Part shown: positions 1 through 14,100 of the stretch, piece after piece
How positions within the stretch are numbered: position 1 is the stretch's first letter
How the letters are laid out: every line of letters begins with the position of its first letter
NCBI GenBank assembly: GCA_040954595.2
Contig: CM082594.2
Span: forward strand, 762,247 to 826,246
Direction: 5' to 3'
DNA from: Balanoglossus misakiensis
Taxonomy: Eukaryota > Animalia > Hemichordata
Length of the DNA: 64,000 bases
Made by a program: the position numbers and the translations under genes
Notes under the pieces: generated by a model
The model's database searches: none
Told to the model about the DNA's origin: nothing
Seen by the model: only the letters and a program-made list of their open reading frames with translations

Positions 1-1174
1 TTTTCGAAAAATTGTGATTTTTACAAAATAAATAAGAATAAATTATTTTCTTAGTTTCAAAAGGGTAGAGACACTTTCCACACAGGTTTTTTAACATTGA
101 ATTCCCATTCATCAACTCAGATTTCCTACAGCATAAGTCGGCTAAAACCCTGACACTCTAGAGCAGAAACAGTTGCACACTGGTAACGTTGAACAAGTCG
201 ATTTTTCTACGGCCTGGCTCGGCTAAATCTCCGTCACAATATGACAGACACTAGCGTTCGTTAGCAACGTTGATCAAGTCAGATTTCCTACGGCATGGCT
301 TGGCTAAAGCCCTGGCACTCTAGAGCAGAAACACGCGTACAGAAACCACGTTGATCTACTCACATTTCCTTCGGCCTGGCTCAGCTGAAGCCCCGGCACT
401 CTAGATCAGAAACAGGCGTACATTGACCACGTTGATCAAATTCGGTGACCTGATCATATATAAACAATTGCTTGTATGTTAAAAGTTTTAATGACTTTTA
501 AAAGCAGTGACACTGGCGGCATTCAACACGAAAATAACAATTTTAGCCACAATTCGGTCAAAATGGTAAATTTTTGAAAATTACAAAAAATACCTGTTTT
601 CTACATTTTCGGAAATCTGATGGAGTATAGAATGCTCTTCGTATACATATATCGATACAAATTCCACAAAAAAACGGCCAATTTGGCTCACTGCAGACAA
701 AATTGCGTTTTACCAAATTTTCCTTGAAAATGTCATTTTTAGAAAAAAAAAATAAAAAAAACCTTTGTTCTTCGAATTTGGTGCCCTGATCATATATGAC
801 ATGTTGATTGTATGTTAAAACTTTCGACCACTCCAAAAATGCAGAGATATTGACGGAATTCAAGAAAAAATAGCCATTTTGGCCATATTTTGACAAAAAT
901 GGTAAATTTTTAAAAAATCATAAAAAATTAACTCTTTTCTTCATTTTCGGAAATATTATGGAGCATGAAGTGTCGTTCTCTTGTAAAAAGTGCTGCAAAT
1001 TCCAGAAAAGGCGGTATAATTTGAATCACCCATGACAAAATTACCATTTTCGACTTTTTTTCGAAAAATTGTGATTTTTACAAAATAAATAAGAATAAAT
1101 TATTTTCTTAGTTTCAAAAGGGTAGAGACACTTTCCACACAGGTTTTTTAACATTGAATTCCCATTCATCAACT

Positions 1175-2200
1175 CAGATTTCCTACAGCATAAGTCGGCT
1201 AAAACCCTGACACTCTAGAGCAGAAACAGTTGCACAATGGTAACGTTGAACAAGTCGATTTTTCTACGGCCTGGCTCGGCTAAATCTCCGTCACAATATG
1301 ACAGACACTAGCGCACGTTAGCAACGGTGATCAAGTCAGATTTTCTACGGCATGGGTTGGATAAAGCCCCGGCACTCTAGAGCAGAAACACGCGTACAGA
1401 GACCACGTTGATCAAGTCTGATCTCCTACGGCTTGGCTCGACTAAAACCCCGGCACACTATGACAGACACTAGCGTTCGTTAGCAACGTTGATCAAGTCA
1501 GATTTCCTACGGCATGGCTTGGCTAAAGCCCTGGCACTCTAGAGCAGAAACACGCGTACAGAGACCACGTTGATCTACTCCCATTTCCTTCGGCCTGGCA
1601 CAGCTGATGCCCCGGCACTATATATAGGACACAGACTGGCGTAAGTTAACAACGGTAATCACGTCGGGTTTCCTACGGCCTGGCTCAGCTGAAGCCCCGG
1701 CACTCTAGAACAGAAACAGGCGTACATTGACCACGTTGATCAAGTCAGATGTCCTACGGCGTTACTCCGCTGGTGCACCGGCTCTATATGACACAGACTG
1801 GCGTAAGTTATCAACGGTGATTACGTCGGATTTCCTACGGCCTGGTTTAGCTCAAGCCCCGGCACTTTAGAGCGGAAACACGCGTACATTGACCACGTTG
1901 ATCAAGTAAGATTTCCTACGGCGTGATTCGGCTGGTGCACCGGCTCTATATGACACAGACTGGCGTAAGTTATCAACGGTGATTACGTCGGATTTCCTAC
2001 GGCATGGTTTAGCTGAAGCCCCGGCACTTAAAAGCGGAAACACGCGTACATTGACCACGATGATCAAGTCAGATCTCCTACGGCCTGGCTCGACTAAAAC
2101 CCCGGCACACCATGACAGACACTAGCGTTCGTTAGCAACGGTGATCAAGTCTGATTTCCTTCGGCCTGGCTCTGCAAAAGACCCGACACATTAGTACAAA
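1175..2200. repeat. Representative 81-bp subrepeat domain (alternating A/B types, 162-bp dimer); present in every monomer
   Basis: The 'ctacggc/cttcggc' anchor occurs at ~1264, 1345, 1426, 1507, 1588, 1673, 1754, 1835, 1916, 1997, 2078 and 2159. That is an 81-bp period with one 85-bp unit (extra 4 bp at the 'tatatata' tract). Type A carries 'cactctagagcagaaacacgcgtaca'; type B carries 'atgacagacactagcgttcgttagcaacg' or 'atgacacagactggcgtaagtt'. Confidence 0.95.
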
Positions 2201-2445
2201 GACGTTGGCTAAGTCGGGCAAACCGAAGAGGGAAAGTCACAGCGGGTCAACACTCGACATTTGTTCGGGTAGGACTGCATTATTGCCTGTCAATTTATAG
2301 AGAAAGCCCGAATTTAACCAGGGCGTTTCAAACACCGACGTTATTTGGGGGCACGGCCTGCAGTACTGCCGGGTAAGCTGACATCGGCGTACCGCATATA
2401 ATGTAAGGGGGGGGGGGACAGAACGGTTCAATACTACATTTATTA
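2200..2445. other. Representative single-copy core of the monomer (~250 bp, higher GC than the AT domain) with a variable-length poly-G tract
   Basis: Occurs once per monomer and is well conserved apart from homopolymer length. I recognise no match to 5S rRNA, tRNA or U snRNAs. Confidence 0.85.
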
Positions 2446-3380
2446 GATATCAGCTAATTTTGGACAATCATCTAAAATCTAAATCATTTTTTCATATTTG
2501 GATATCTGATGATGTATGAAATTTCCAATATATGTAAAAATGGTGCTGATTATAAAAAATGCACTCTGAATGAGCTGATTTAATACAAAATTGCGTTTTA
2601 TTCGTTTTTGCACCAAAAAGGTCATTTTTAGGCAAAACATTCTTTATTTTTTTAATTCGGTGGCCTGATCATATATAAGCAATTGCTTGCATGTTAAAAG
2701 TTTTTATGACATTTAAAAGCAGTGACACTGGCGGCATTCAACACGAAAATAACAATTTAACCACAATTTGGTCAAAATGGTAAATTTTTGAAAATTACAA
2801 AAAATACCTGTTTTCTACATTTTCGGAAATCTGATGGAGTATAGAATGCTCTTCGTATATATATATCGATACAAATTCCACAAAAGACCGTCTAATTTGG
2901 CTCACTGCAGACAAAATTGCGTTTTACCAAATTTTCCTTGAAAATGTCATTTTTAGAAAAATAAAATAAAAAAACCTTCGTTCTTCGAATTTGGTGCCCT
3001 GATCATATATGACATGTTGATTGTATGTTAAAACTTTCGACCACTCCAAAAATGCAGAGATATTGACGGAATTCAAGAAAAAATAGCCATTTTGGCCATA
3101 TTTTGACAAAATGGTACATTTTTAAAAAAATCATAAAAAATAAACTCTTTTCTTCATTTTCGGAAATATTATGGAGCATGAAGTGTCGTTCTCTTGTAAA
3201 AAGTGCTGCAAATTCCAGAAAATGTGGTATAATTTGAATCACCCAAGACAAAATTACCATTTTCGACTTGTTTTCGAAAAATTGTCTTTTTTAAAAAATA
3301 AATAAGAATAAATTCTTTTCTTAGTTTCAAACGGGTAGAGATACTTTCCACACGGGTTTTCTAACATTGAATTCCCGTTC
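2445..3380. repeat. Representative AT-rich domain built from about three diverged ~335-bp subrepeats
   Basis: Homologous anchors: 'ctgatcatata' at ~2665 and ~2999; 'catatttggatatctgatg' ~2493, 'cattttcggaaatctgatgg' ~2818 and 'cattttcggaaatattatgg' ~3155; 'acaaaattgcgtttta' ~2585 and ~2911. Confidence 0.85.
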
Positions 3381-3689
3381 ATCAACTCAGATTTCCTACA
3401 GCATAAGTCGGCTAAAACCCTGACACTCTAGAGCAGAAACAGTTGCACACTGATAACGTTGAACAAGTCGATTTTTCTACGGCCTGGCTCGGCTAAATCT
3501 CGTCACAATATGACAGACACTAGCGTACGTTAGCAACGGTGATCAAGTCAGATTTTCAACGGCATGGGTTGGATAAAGCCCCGGCACTCTAGAGCAGAAA
3601 CACGCGTACAGAGACCACGTTGATCAAGTCTGATCTCCTACGGCTTGGCTCGACTAAAACCCCGGCACACTATGACAGACACTAGCGTT

Positions 3690-3879
3690 ATTATTATTAT
3701 TATTATTATTAAGAATTGTTTAAAATGCGCTACACATACGTCTCAGCGCATTGTGCACAGCTAAAACAGTAGATTAAAAAATACAAGGCTGGTAAAAATA
3801 GTTAAAAGGACACAATCGAACACGTTACACATAAAACCGAGTAAAAAGGTATGTTTTTAAATTACGCTTAAAAATATTG
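3690..3879 (-). mobile_element. 5'-truncated LINE 3' end (L2/CR1 group), copy 1
   Basis: 190-bp insert flanked by TSD agcgtt (3684-3689 and 3880-3885). The - strand encodes IFKRNLKTYLFTRFYV*, matching the FKxxLKTxLF C-terminal motif of L2/CR1-group ORF2. The 3' UTR has an aatgcgct...agcgcatt stem followed by an (AAT)n tail. Confidence 0.88.
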
Positions 3880-6800
3880 AGCGTTCGTTAGCAACGTTGA
3901 TCAAGTCAGATTTCCTACGGCATGGCTTTGCTAAAGCCCTGACACTCTAGAGCAGAAACACGCGTACAGAGACCACGTTGATCGACTAACATTTCCTTCG
4001 GCCTGGCACGGCTGATGCCCCGGCACTATATATAGGACACAGACTGGCGTAAGTTAACAACGGTAATCACGTCGGGTTTCCTACGGCCTGGCTCAGCTGA
4101 AGCCCCGGCACTCTAGAGCAGAAACAGGCGTACATTGACCACGTTGATCAAATTAGATTCCTACGGCGTGACTCGGCTGGTGCACCGGCTCTATATGACA
4201 CAGACTGGCGTAAGTTATCAACGGTGATTACGTCGGATTTCCTACGGCCTGGTTTAGCTGAAGCCCCGGCACTTTAGAGCGGAAACACGCGTACATTGAC
4301 CACGATGATCCAGTCAGATCTCCTACGGCCTGGCTCGACTAAAACCCCGGCACACCATGACAGACACTAGCGTTCGTTAGCAACGGTGATCAAGTCGGAT
4401 TTCCTTCGGCCTGGCTCTGCAAAACACCCGACACTCTAGTACAAAGACGTTGGCTAAGTCGGGCAAACCGGAGAGGGAAAGTCACAGCGGGTCAACACTC
4501 GACATTTGTAATGGTAGGACTACATTATTGCCTGTCAATTTATAGAGAAAGCCCGAATTTAACCAGGGCGTTTCAAACACCGACGTTAGTTGTGGGCACG
4601 GCCTGCAGTACTGACGGGTAAGCTGACATCGGCGTACCGCATTTAATGTAGGGGGGGGGGGGAACAGAACGGTTCAATACTATATTTATTAGATATCAGC
4701 TACTTTTGGACAATCATCTAAAATCTAAATCATTTTTTCATATTTGGATATCTGATGATGTATGAAATTTCCATTATATGTAAAAATGGTGCTGATTTTA
4801 AAAAATGCACTCTGAATGAGCTGATTTAATACGAAATTGCGTTTTATTCGTTTTTGCACCAAAAAGGTCATTTTTAGGGAAAACATTCTTTATTCTTTAA
4901 ATTCGGTGACCTGATCATATATAAACAATTGCTTGTATGTTAAAAGTTTTAATGACTTTTAAAAGCAGTGACACTGGCGGCATTCAACACGAAAATAACA
5001 ATTTTAGCCACAATTCGGTCAAAATGGTAAATTTTTGAAAATTACAAAAAATACCTGTTTTCTACATTTTCGGAAATCTGATGGAGTATAGAATGCTCTT
5101 CGTATACATATATCGATACAAATTCCACAAAAAAACGGCCAATTTGGCTCACTGCAGACAAAATTGCGTTTTACCAAATTTTCCTTGAAAATGTCATTTT
5201 TAGAAAAAAAAATAAAAAAAACCTTTGTTCTTCGAATTTGGTGCCCTGATCATATATGACATGTTGATTGTATGTTAAAACTTTCGACCACTCCAAAAAT
5301 GCAGAGATATTGACGGAATTCAAGAAAAAATAGCCATTTTGGCCATATTTTGACAAAAATGGTAAATTTTTAAAAAATCATAAAAAATTAACTCGTTTCT
5401 TCATTTTCGGAAATATTATGGAGCATGAAGTGTCGTTCTCTTGTAAAAAGTGCTGCAAATTCCAGAAAAGGCGGTATAATTTGAATCACCCATGACAAAA
5501 TTACCATTTTCGACTTTTTTTCGAAAAATTGTGATTTTTACAAAATAAATAAGAATAAATTATTTTCTTAGTTTCAAAAGGGTAGAGACACTTTCCACAC
5601 AGGTTTTTTAACATTGAATTCCCATTCATCAACTCAGATTTCCTACAGCATAAGTCGGCTAAAACCCTGACACTCTAGAGCAGAAACAGTTGCACAATGG
5701 TAACGTTGAACAAGTCGATTTTTCTACGGCCTGGCTCGGCTAAATCTCCGTCACAATATGACAGACACTAGCGCACGTTAGCAACGGTGATCAAGTCAGA
5801 TTTTCTACGGCATGGCTGGGATAAAGCCCCGGCACTCTAGAGCAGAAACACGCGTACAGAGACCACGTTGATCAAGTCTGATCTCCTACGGCTTGGCTCG
5901 ACTAAAACCCCGGCACACTATGACAGACACTAGCGTTCGTTAGCAACGTTGATCAAGTCAGATTTCCTACGGCATGGCTTGGCTAAAGCCCTGGCACTCT
6001 AGAGCAGAAACACGCGTACAGAGACCACGTTGATCTACTCCCATTTCCTTCGGCCTGGCACAGCTGATGCCCCGGCACTATATATAGGACACAGACTGGC
6101 GTAAGTTAACAACGGTAATCACGTCGGGTTTCCTACGGCCTGGCTCAGCTGAAGCCCCGGCACTCTAGAACAGAAACAGGCGTACATTGACCACGTTGAT
6201 CAAGTCAGATGTCCTACGGCGTGACTCCGCTGGTGCACCGGCTCTATATGACACAGACTGGCGTAAGTTATCAACGGTGATTACGTCGGATTTCCTACGG
6301 CCTGGTTTAGCTCAAGCCCCGGCACTTTAGAGCGGAAACACGCGTACATTGACCACGATGATCAAGTCAGATCTCCTACGGCTTGGCTCGACTAAAACCC
6401 CGGCACACTATGACAGACACTAGCGTTCGTTAGCAACGTTGATCAAGTCAGATTTTCTACGGCATGGCTCTGCAAAAGACCCGACACTCTAGTACAAAGA
6501 CGTTGGCTAAGTTGGGCAAACCGAAGAGGGAAAGTCGCAGCGGGTCAACACTCGACATTTGTTCCGGTAGGACTGCATTATTGCCTGTCGATTTATAGAG
6601 AGAGCCCGAATTTAACCAGGGCGTTTCAAACACCGACGTTTGTTGGGGGCACGGCCTACAGTACTGCCGGGTAAGCTGACATCGGCGTACCGCATATAAT
6701 GTAAGGGGGGGGGGGGGGACAGAACGGTTCAATACTACATTTATTAGATATCAGCTAATTTTGGACAATCATCTAAAATCTAAATCATTTTTTCATATTT

Positions 6801-7991
6801 GGATATCTGATGATGTATGAAATTTCCATTATATGTAAAAATGGTGCTTATTATAAAACATGCACTCTGAATGAACTGATTTAATACAAGATTGCGTTTT
6901 ATTCGTTTTTGCACCGAAAAGGTCATTTTTAGGCAAAACATTCTTTATATTTTTAATTCGGTGACCTGATCATATATAAACAATTGCTTGTGTGTTAAAA
7001 GTTTTTATGGCTTTTAAAAGCAGTGACACTGGCGGCATTCATCAAGAAAATAACAAGTTTAGCCACAATTTGGTCAAAATGGTAAATTTTTGAAAATTAC
7101 AAAAAATACCTGTTTTCTACATTTTCGGAAATCTGATGGAGTATAGAATGCTCTTCGTATGTATATATCGATACAAATTCCACAAAAGACCGTCTAATTT
7201 GGCTCACTGCAGACAAAATTGCGTTTTACCAAATTTTCCTTGAAAATGTCATTTTTAGAAAAAAAAATAAAAAAACCTTTATTCTTCGAATTTGGTGCCC
7301 TGATCATATATGACATGTTGATTGTATGTTAAAACTCTCGACCACTCCAAAAATGCAGAGATATTGACGGAATTCAAGAAAAATAGCCATTTTGGCCATA
7401 TTTTGACAAAAATGGTAAATTTTTGAAAAATCATAAAAAATTAACTCTTTTCTTCATTTTCGGAAATATTATGGAGCATGAAGTGTCGTTCTCTTGTAAA
7501 AAGTGCTGCAAATTCCAGAAAAGGCGGTATAATTTGAATCACCCAAGACAAAATTGCAATTTTTCGACTTTTTTTCGAAAAATTGTCTTTTTTACAAAAT
7601 AAATAAGAATAAATTCTTTTCTTAGTTTCAAACGGGTAGAGATACTTTCCACACGGGTTTTCTAACATTGAATTCCCGTTCATCAACTCAGATTTCCTAC
7701 AGCATAAGTCGGCTAAAACCCTGACACTCTAGAGCAGAAACAGTTGCACACTGGTAACGTTGAACAAGTCGATTTTTCTACGGCCTGGCTCGGCTAAATC
7801 TCCGTCACAATATGACAGACACTAGCGTACGTTAGCAACGGTGATCAAGTCAGATTTTCAACGGCATGGGTTGGATAAAGCCCCGGCACTCTAGAGCAGA
7901 AACACGCGTACAGAGACCACGTTGATCAAGTCTGATCTCCTACGGCTTGGCTCGACTAAAACCCCGGCACACTATGACAGACACTAGCGTT

Positions 7992-8181
7992 ATTATTATT
8001 ATTATTATTATTAAGAATTGTTTAAAATGCGCTACACATACGTCTCAGCGCATTGTGCACAGCTAAAACAGTAGATTAAAAAATACAAGGCTGGTAAAAA
8101 TAGTTAAAAGGACACAATCGAACACGTTACACATAAAACCGAGTAAAAAGGTATGTTTTCAAATTACGCTTAAAAATATTG
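7992..8181 (-). mobile_element. 5'-truncated LINE 3' end (L2/CR1 group), copy 2
   Basis: Near-identical to copy 1, at the same monomer position, with the same TSD agcgtt (7986-7991 and 8182-8187). Confidence 0.88.
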
Positions 8182-11100
8182 AGCGTTCGTTAGCAACGTT
8201 GATCAAGTCAGATTTCCTACGGCATGGCTTTGCTAAAGCCCTGACACTCTAGAGCAGAAACACGCGTACAGAGACCACGTTGATCGACTAACATTTCCTT
8301 CGGCCTGGCACGGCTGATGCCCCGGCACTATATATAGGACACAGACTGGCGTAAGTTAACAACGGTAATCACGTCGGGTTTCCTACGGCCTGGCTCAGCT
8401 GAAGCCCCGGCACTCTAGAGCAGAAACAGGCGTACATTGACCACGTTGATCAAGTCAGATTTGCTACGGCGTGACTCGGCTGGTGAACCGGCTCTATATG
8501 ACACAGACTTGCGTAAGTTATCAACGGTGATTACGTCGGATTTCCTACGGCCTGGTTTAGCTGAAGCCCCGGCACTTTAGAGCGGAAACACGCGTACATT
8601 GACCACGATGATCAAGGCAGATCTCCTACGGCCTGGCTCGACTAAAACCCCGGCACACCATGACAGACACTAGCGTTCGTTAGCAACGGTGATCAAGTCG
8701 GATTTCCTTCGGCCTGGCTCTGCAAAAGACCCGACACTCTAGTACAAAGACGTTGGCTAAGTCGGGCAAACCGAAGAGGGAAAGTCACAGCGGGTCAACA
8801 CTCGACATTTGTTCGGGTAGGACTGCATTATTGCCTGTCAATTTATAGAGAAAGCCCGAATTTAACCAGGGCGTTACAAACACCGACGTTAGTTGGGGGC
8901 ACGGCCTGCAGTACTGACGGGTAAGCTGACATCGGCGTACCGCATATAATATAGGGGGGGGGGGAAACAGAACGGTTCAATACTACATTTATTAGATATC
9001 AGCTAATTTTGGACAATCATCTAAAATCTAAATCATTTTTTCATATTTGGATATCTGATGATGTGTGAAATTTCCATTATATGTAAAAATGGTGCTGATT
9101 ATAAAAAATGCACTCTGAATGAACTGATTTAATACAAAATTACGTTTTATTCGTTTTTGCACCTAAAAGGTCATTTTAAGGCAAAACATTCTTTATTTTT
9201 TTAATTCGGTGACCTGATCATATATAAAGAATGGCTTGTATGTTAAAAGTTTTTATGACTTTTAAAAGCAGTGACACTGGCGGCATTCAACACGAAAATA
9301 ACAATTTTAGCCACAATTTGGTCAAAATGGAAAATTTTTCAAAATTACAAAAAATACCCTTTTCTACATTTTCGGAAATCTGATGGAGTATAGAAGGCTC
9401 TTCGTATGTATATATCGATACAAATTCCACAAAAAACCGTCTAATTTGGCTCACTGCAGACAAAATTGCGTTTTACCAAATTTTCCTTGAAAATGTCATT
9501 TTTAGAAAAAAAAAATAAAAAAAACCTTTGTTCTTCGAATTTGGTGCCCCGATCATATATGACATGTTGATTGTATGTTAAAAGTTTCGACCACTCCAAA
9601 AATGCAGAGATATTGACGGAATTCAAGAAAAAATAGCCATTTTGGCCATATTTTGACAAAAATGGTAAAATTTTAAAAAATCATAAAAAATTAACTCTTT
9701 TCTTCATTTTCGGAAATATTATGGAGCATGAAGGTCGTTCTCTTGTAAAAAGTGCTGCAAATTCCAGAAAAGGTGGTATAATTTGAATCACCCAAGACAA
9801 AATTACCATTTTCGCCTTTGTTTCGAAAAATTGTCTTTTTTACAAAATAAATAAGAATAAATTCTATTCTTAGTTTCAAACGGGTAGAGATACTTTCTAC
9901 ACGGGTTTTCTAACATTGAATTCCCGTTCATCAACTCAGATTTCCTACAGCATAAGTCGGCTAAAACCCTAAGACTTTAGAGCAGAAACAGTTGCACACT
10001 GGTAACGTTGAACAAGTCGATTTTTCTACGGCCTGGCTCGGCTAAATCTCCGTCACAATATGACAGACACTATCGTACGTTAGCAACGGTGATCAGGTCA
10101 GATTTTCTACGGCATGGCTTGGATAAAGCCCCGGCACTCTAGAGCAGAAACACGCGTACAGAGACCACGTTGATCAAGTCTGATCTCCTACGGCTTGGCT
10201 CGACTAAAACCCCGGCACACTATGACAGACATTAGCGTTCGTTAGCAACGTTGATCAAGTCAGATTTCCTACGGCATGGCTTGGCTAAAGCCCTGGCACT
10301 CTAGAGCAGAAACACGCGTACAGAGACCACGTTGATCTACTCACATTTCCTTCGGCCTGGCACGGCTGATGCCCCGGCACTATATATAGGACACAAACTG
10401 GCGTAAGTTAACAACGGTAATCACGTCGGGTTTCCCACGGCCTGGCTCAGCTGAAGCCCCGGCACTCTAGAGCAGAAACAGGCGTACATTGACCACGTTG
10501 ATCAAGTCAGATTTCCTACGGCGTGACTCGGCTGGTGCACCGGCTCTATATGACACAGACTGGCGTAAGTTATCAACGGTGATTACGTCGGATTTCCTAC
10601 GGCCTGGTGTAGCTGAAGCCCCGGCCCTTTAGAGCGGAAACACGCGTACATTGACCACGATAATCAAGTCAGATCTCCTACGGCCTGGCTCGACTAAAAC
10701 CCCGGCACACCATGACAGACACTAGCGTTCGTTAGCAACGGTGATCAAGTCTGATTTCCTTCGGCCTGGCTCTGCAAAAGACCCGACACATTAGTACAAA
10801 GACGTTGGCTAAGTCGGGCAAACCGAAGAGGGAAAGTCACAGCGGGTCAACACTCGACATTTGTTCCGGTAGGACTACATTATTGGCTGTCAATTTATAG
10901 AGAAAGCCCGAATTTAACCAGGGCGTTTCAAACACCGACGTTAGTTGTGGGCACGGCCTGCAGTACTGATGGGTAAGCTGACATCGGCGTACCGCATGTA
11001 ATGTAGGGGGGGGGGACAGAACGGTTCAATACTACATTTATTAGATATCAGCTACTTTAGGACAATCATCTAAAATCTAAATCATTTTTTCATATTTGGA

Positions 11101-14100
11101 TATCTGATGATGTATGAAATTTCCATTATATGTAAAAATGGTGCTTATTATAAAACATGCACTCTGAATGAACTGATTTAATACAAGATTGCGTTTTATT
11201 CGTTTTTGCACCAAAAAGGTCATTTTTAGGCAAAACATTCTTTATATTTTTAATTGGGTGACCTGATCATATATAAACAATTGCTTGTATGTTAAAAGTT
11301 TTTATGACTTTTAAAAGCAGTGACACTGGCGGCATTCATCACGAAAATAACAATTTTAGCCACAATTTGGTCAAAATGGTAAATTTTTGAAAATTACAAA
11401 AAATACCTGTTTTCTACATTTTCGGAAATCTGATGGAGTATAGAATGCTCTTCGTATGTATATATCGATACAAATTCCACAAAAGACCGTCTAATTTGGC
11501 TCACTGCAGACAAAATTGCGTTTTACCAAATTTTCCTTGAAAATGTCATTTTTAGAAAAAAAAATAAAAAAACCTTTGTTCTTCGAATTTGGTGCCCTGA
11601 TCATATATGACATGTTGATTGTATGTTAAAACTCTCGACCACTCCAAAAATGCAGAGATATTGACGGAATTCAAGAAAAATAGCCATTTTGGCCATATTT
11701 TGACAAAAATGGTAAATTTTTGAAAAATCATAAAAAATTAACTCTTTTCTTCATTTTCGGAAATATTATGGAGCATGAAGTGTCGTTCTCTTGCAAAAAG
11801 TGCTGCAAATTCCAGAAAAGGCGGTATAATTTGAATCACCCAAGACAAAATTACCATTTTCAACTTTTTTTCGAAAAATTGTCTTTTTTTACAAAATAAA
11901 TAAGAATAAATTCTTTTCTTAGTTTCAAACGGGTAGAGATACTTTCCACACGGGTTTTCTAACATTGAATTCCCGTTCATCAACTCAGATTTCCTACAGC
12001 ATAAGTCGGCTAAAACCCTGACACTCTAGAGCAGAAACAGTTGCACACTGGTAACGTTGAACAAGTCGATTTTTCTACGACCTGGCTCGGCTAAATCTCC
12101 GTCACAATATGACAGACACTAGCGTACGTTAGCAACGGTGATCAAGTCAGATTTTCTACGGCATGGCTTGGATAAAGCCCTGGCACTCTAGAGCAGAAAC
12201 ACGCGTACAGAGACCACGTTGATCAAGTCTGATCTCCTACGGCTTGGCTCGACTAAAACCCCGGCACACTATGACAGACACTAGCGTTCGTTAGCAACTT
12301 TGATCAAGTCAGATTTCCTACGGCATGGCTTAACTAAAGCCCTGGCACTCTAGAGCAGAAACACGCGTACAGAGACCACGTTGATCTTCTCACATTTCCT
12401 TCGGCCTGGCACGGCTGATGCCCCGGCACTATATATAGGACACAGACTGGCGTAAGTTAACAACGGTAATCACGTCGGGTTTTCTTACGGCCTGGCTCAG
12501 CTGAAGCCCCGGCACTCTAGAGCAGAAACAGGCGTACATTGACCACGTTGATCAAGTCAGATTTCCTACGGCGTGACTCGGCTGGTGCACCGGCTCTATA
12601 TGACACAGACTGGCGTAAGTTATCAACGGTGATTACGTCGGATTTCCTACGGCCTGGTTTAGCTGAAGCCCCGGCACTTTAGAGCGGAAACACGCGTACA
12701 TTGACCACGATGATCAAGTCAGATCTCCTACGGCCTGGCTCGACTAAAACCCCGGCACACCATGACAGACACTAGCGTTCGTTAGCAACGGTGATCAAGT
12801 CGGATTTCCTTCGGCCTGGCTCTGCAAAAGACCCGAAACTCTAGTACAAAGACGTTGGCTAAGTCGGGCAAACCGAACAGGGAAAGTCACAGCGGTTCAA
12901 CACTTGACATTTGTTCCGGTAGGACTGCATTATTGCCTGTCGATTTATAGAGAGAGCCCGAATTTAACCAGGGCGTTTCAAACACCGACGTTTGTTGGGG
13001 GCACGGCCTACAGTACTGCCGGGTGAGCTGACATCGGCGTACCGCATATAATGTAAAGGGGGGGGGGGGCAGAACGGTTCAATACTACATTTATTAGATA
13101 TCAGCTAATTTTGGACAATCATCTAAAATCTAAATCATTTTTTCATATTTGGATATCTGATGATTTTTTGTATGAAATTTCCATTATATGTAAAATTGGT
13201 GCTTATTATAAAACATGCACTCTGAATGAACTGATTTAATACAAGATTGCGTTTTATTCGTTTTTGCACCAAAAAGGTCATTTTTAGGCAAAACATTCTT
13301 TATTTTTTTAATTCGGTGACCTGATCATATATAAACAATTGCTTGTATGTTAAAAGTTTTAATGACTTTTAAAAGCAGTGACACTGGCGGCATTCATCAC
13401 GAAAATAACAATTTTAGCCACAATTTAGTCAAAATGGTAAATTTTTGAAATTTACAAAAAATACCTGTTTTCTACATTTTCGGAAATCTGATGGAGTGTA
13501 GAATGCTCTTCGTATGTATATATCGATACAATTTCCACAAAAGACCGTCTAATTTTGCTCACTGCAGACAAAATTGCGTTTTACCAAATTTTCCTTGAAA
13601 ATGTCATTTTTAGAAAAAAAAAAAAAAAACCTTTGTTCTTCGAATTTGGTGCCCTGATCATATATGACATGTTGATTGTATGTTAAAACTCTCGACTACT
13701 CCAAAAATGCTGAGATATTGATGGAATTCAAGAAAAATAGCCATTTTGGCCATATTGTGACAAAAATGGTAAATTTTTGAAAAATCATAAAAAATTAACT
13801 CTTTTCTTCATTTTCGGAAATATTATGGAGCATGAAGTGTCGTTCTCTTGTAAAAAGTGCTGCAAATTCCAGAAAAGGCGGTATAATTTGAATCACCCAA
13901 GACAAAACTGCAATTTTTCGACTTTTTTTTCGAAAAATTGTCTTTTTTACAAAATAAATAAGAGTAAATTCTTTTCTTAGTTTCAAACGGGTAGAGATAC
14001 TTTCCACACGGGTTTTCTAACATTGAATTCCCGTTCATCAACTCAAATTTCCTACAGCATAAGTCGGCTAAAACCCTGACACTCTAGAGCAGAAACAGTT

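Noticed and set aside
1670-1790. 'cctacggcc' resembling the 5' end of 5S rRNA, or an rDNA spacer identity
   Set aside because: The similarity ends after ~9 nt. There are no internal A/C boxes or 120-nt 5S body, and no 18S/28S sequence in the window.
1175-2200. 81-bp repeats as a CRISPR array
   Set aside because: There are no unique spacers, since whole units are homologous. There are no cas genes and the context is eukaryotic TE sequence.
2490-2535. Hammerhead-like CTGATGA-tgtat-GAAA once per monomer (retrozyme hypothesis)
   Set aside because: There is no stem II. The base after the putative UC cleavage site does not pair with the base before CUGA. The segment is simply a diverged copy of 'ggaaatctgatggagtatagaa' from the ~335-bp subrepeat.
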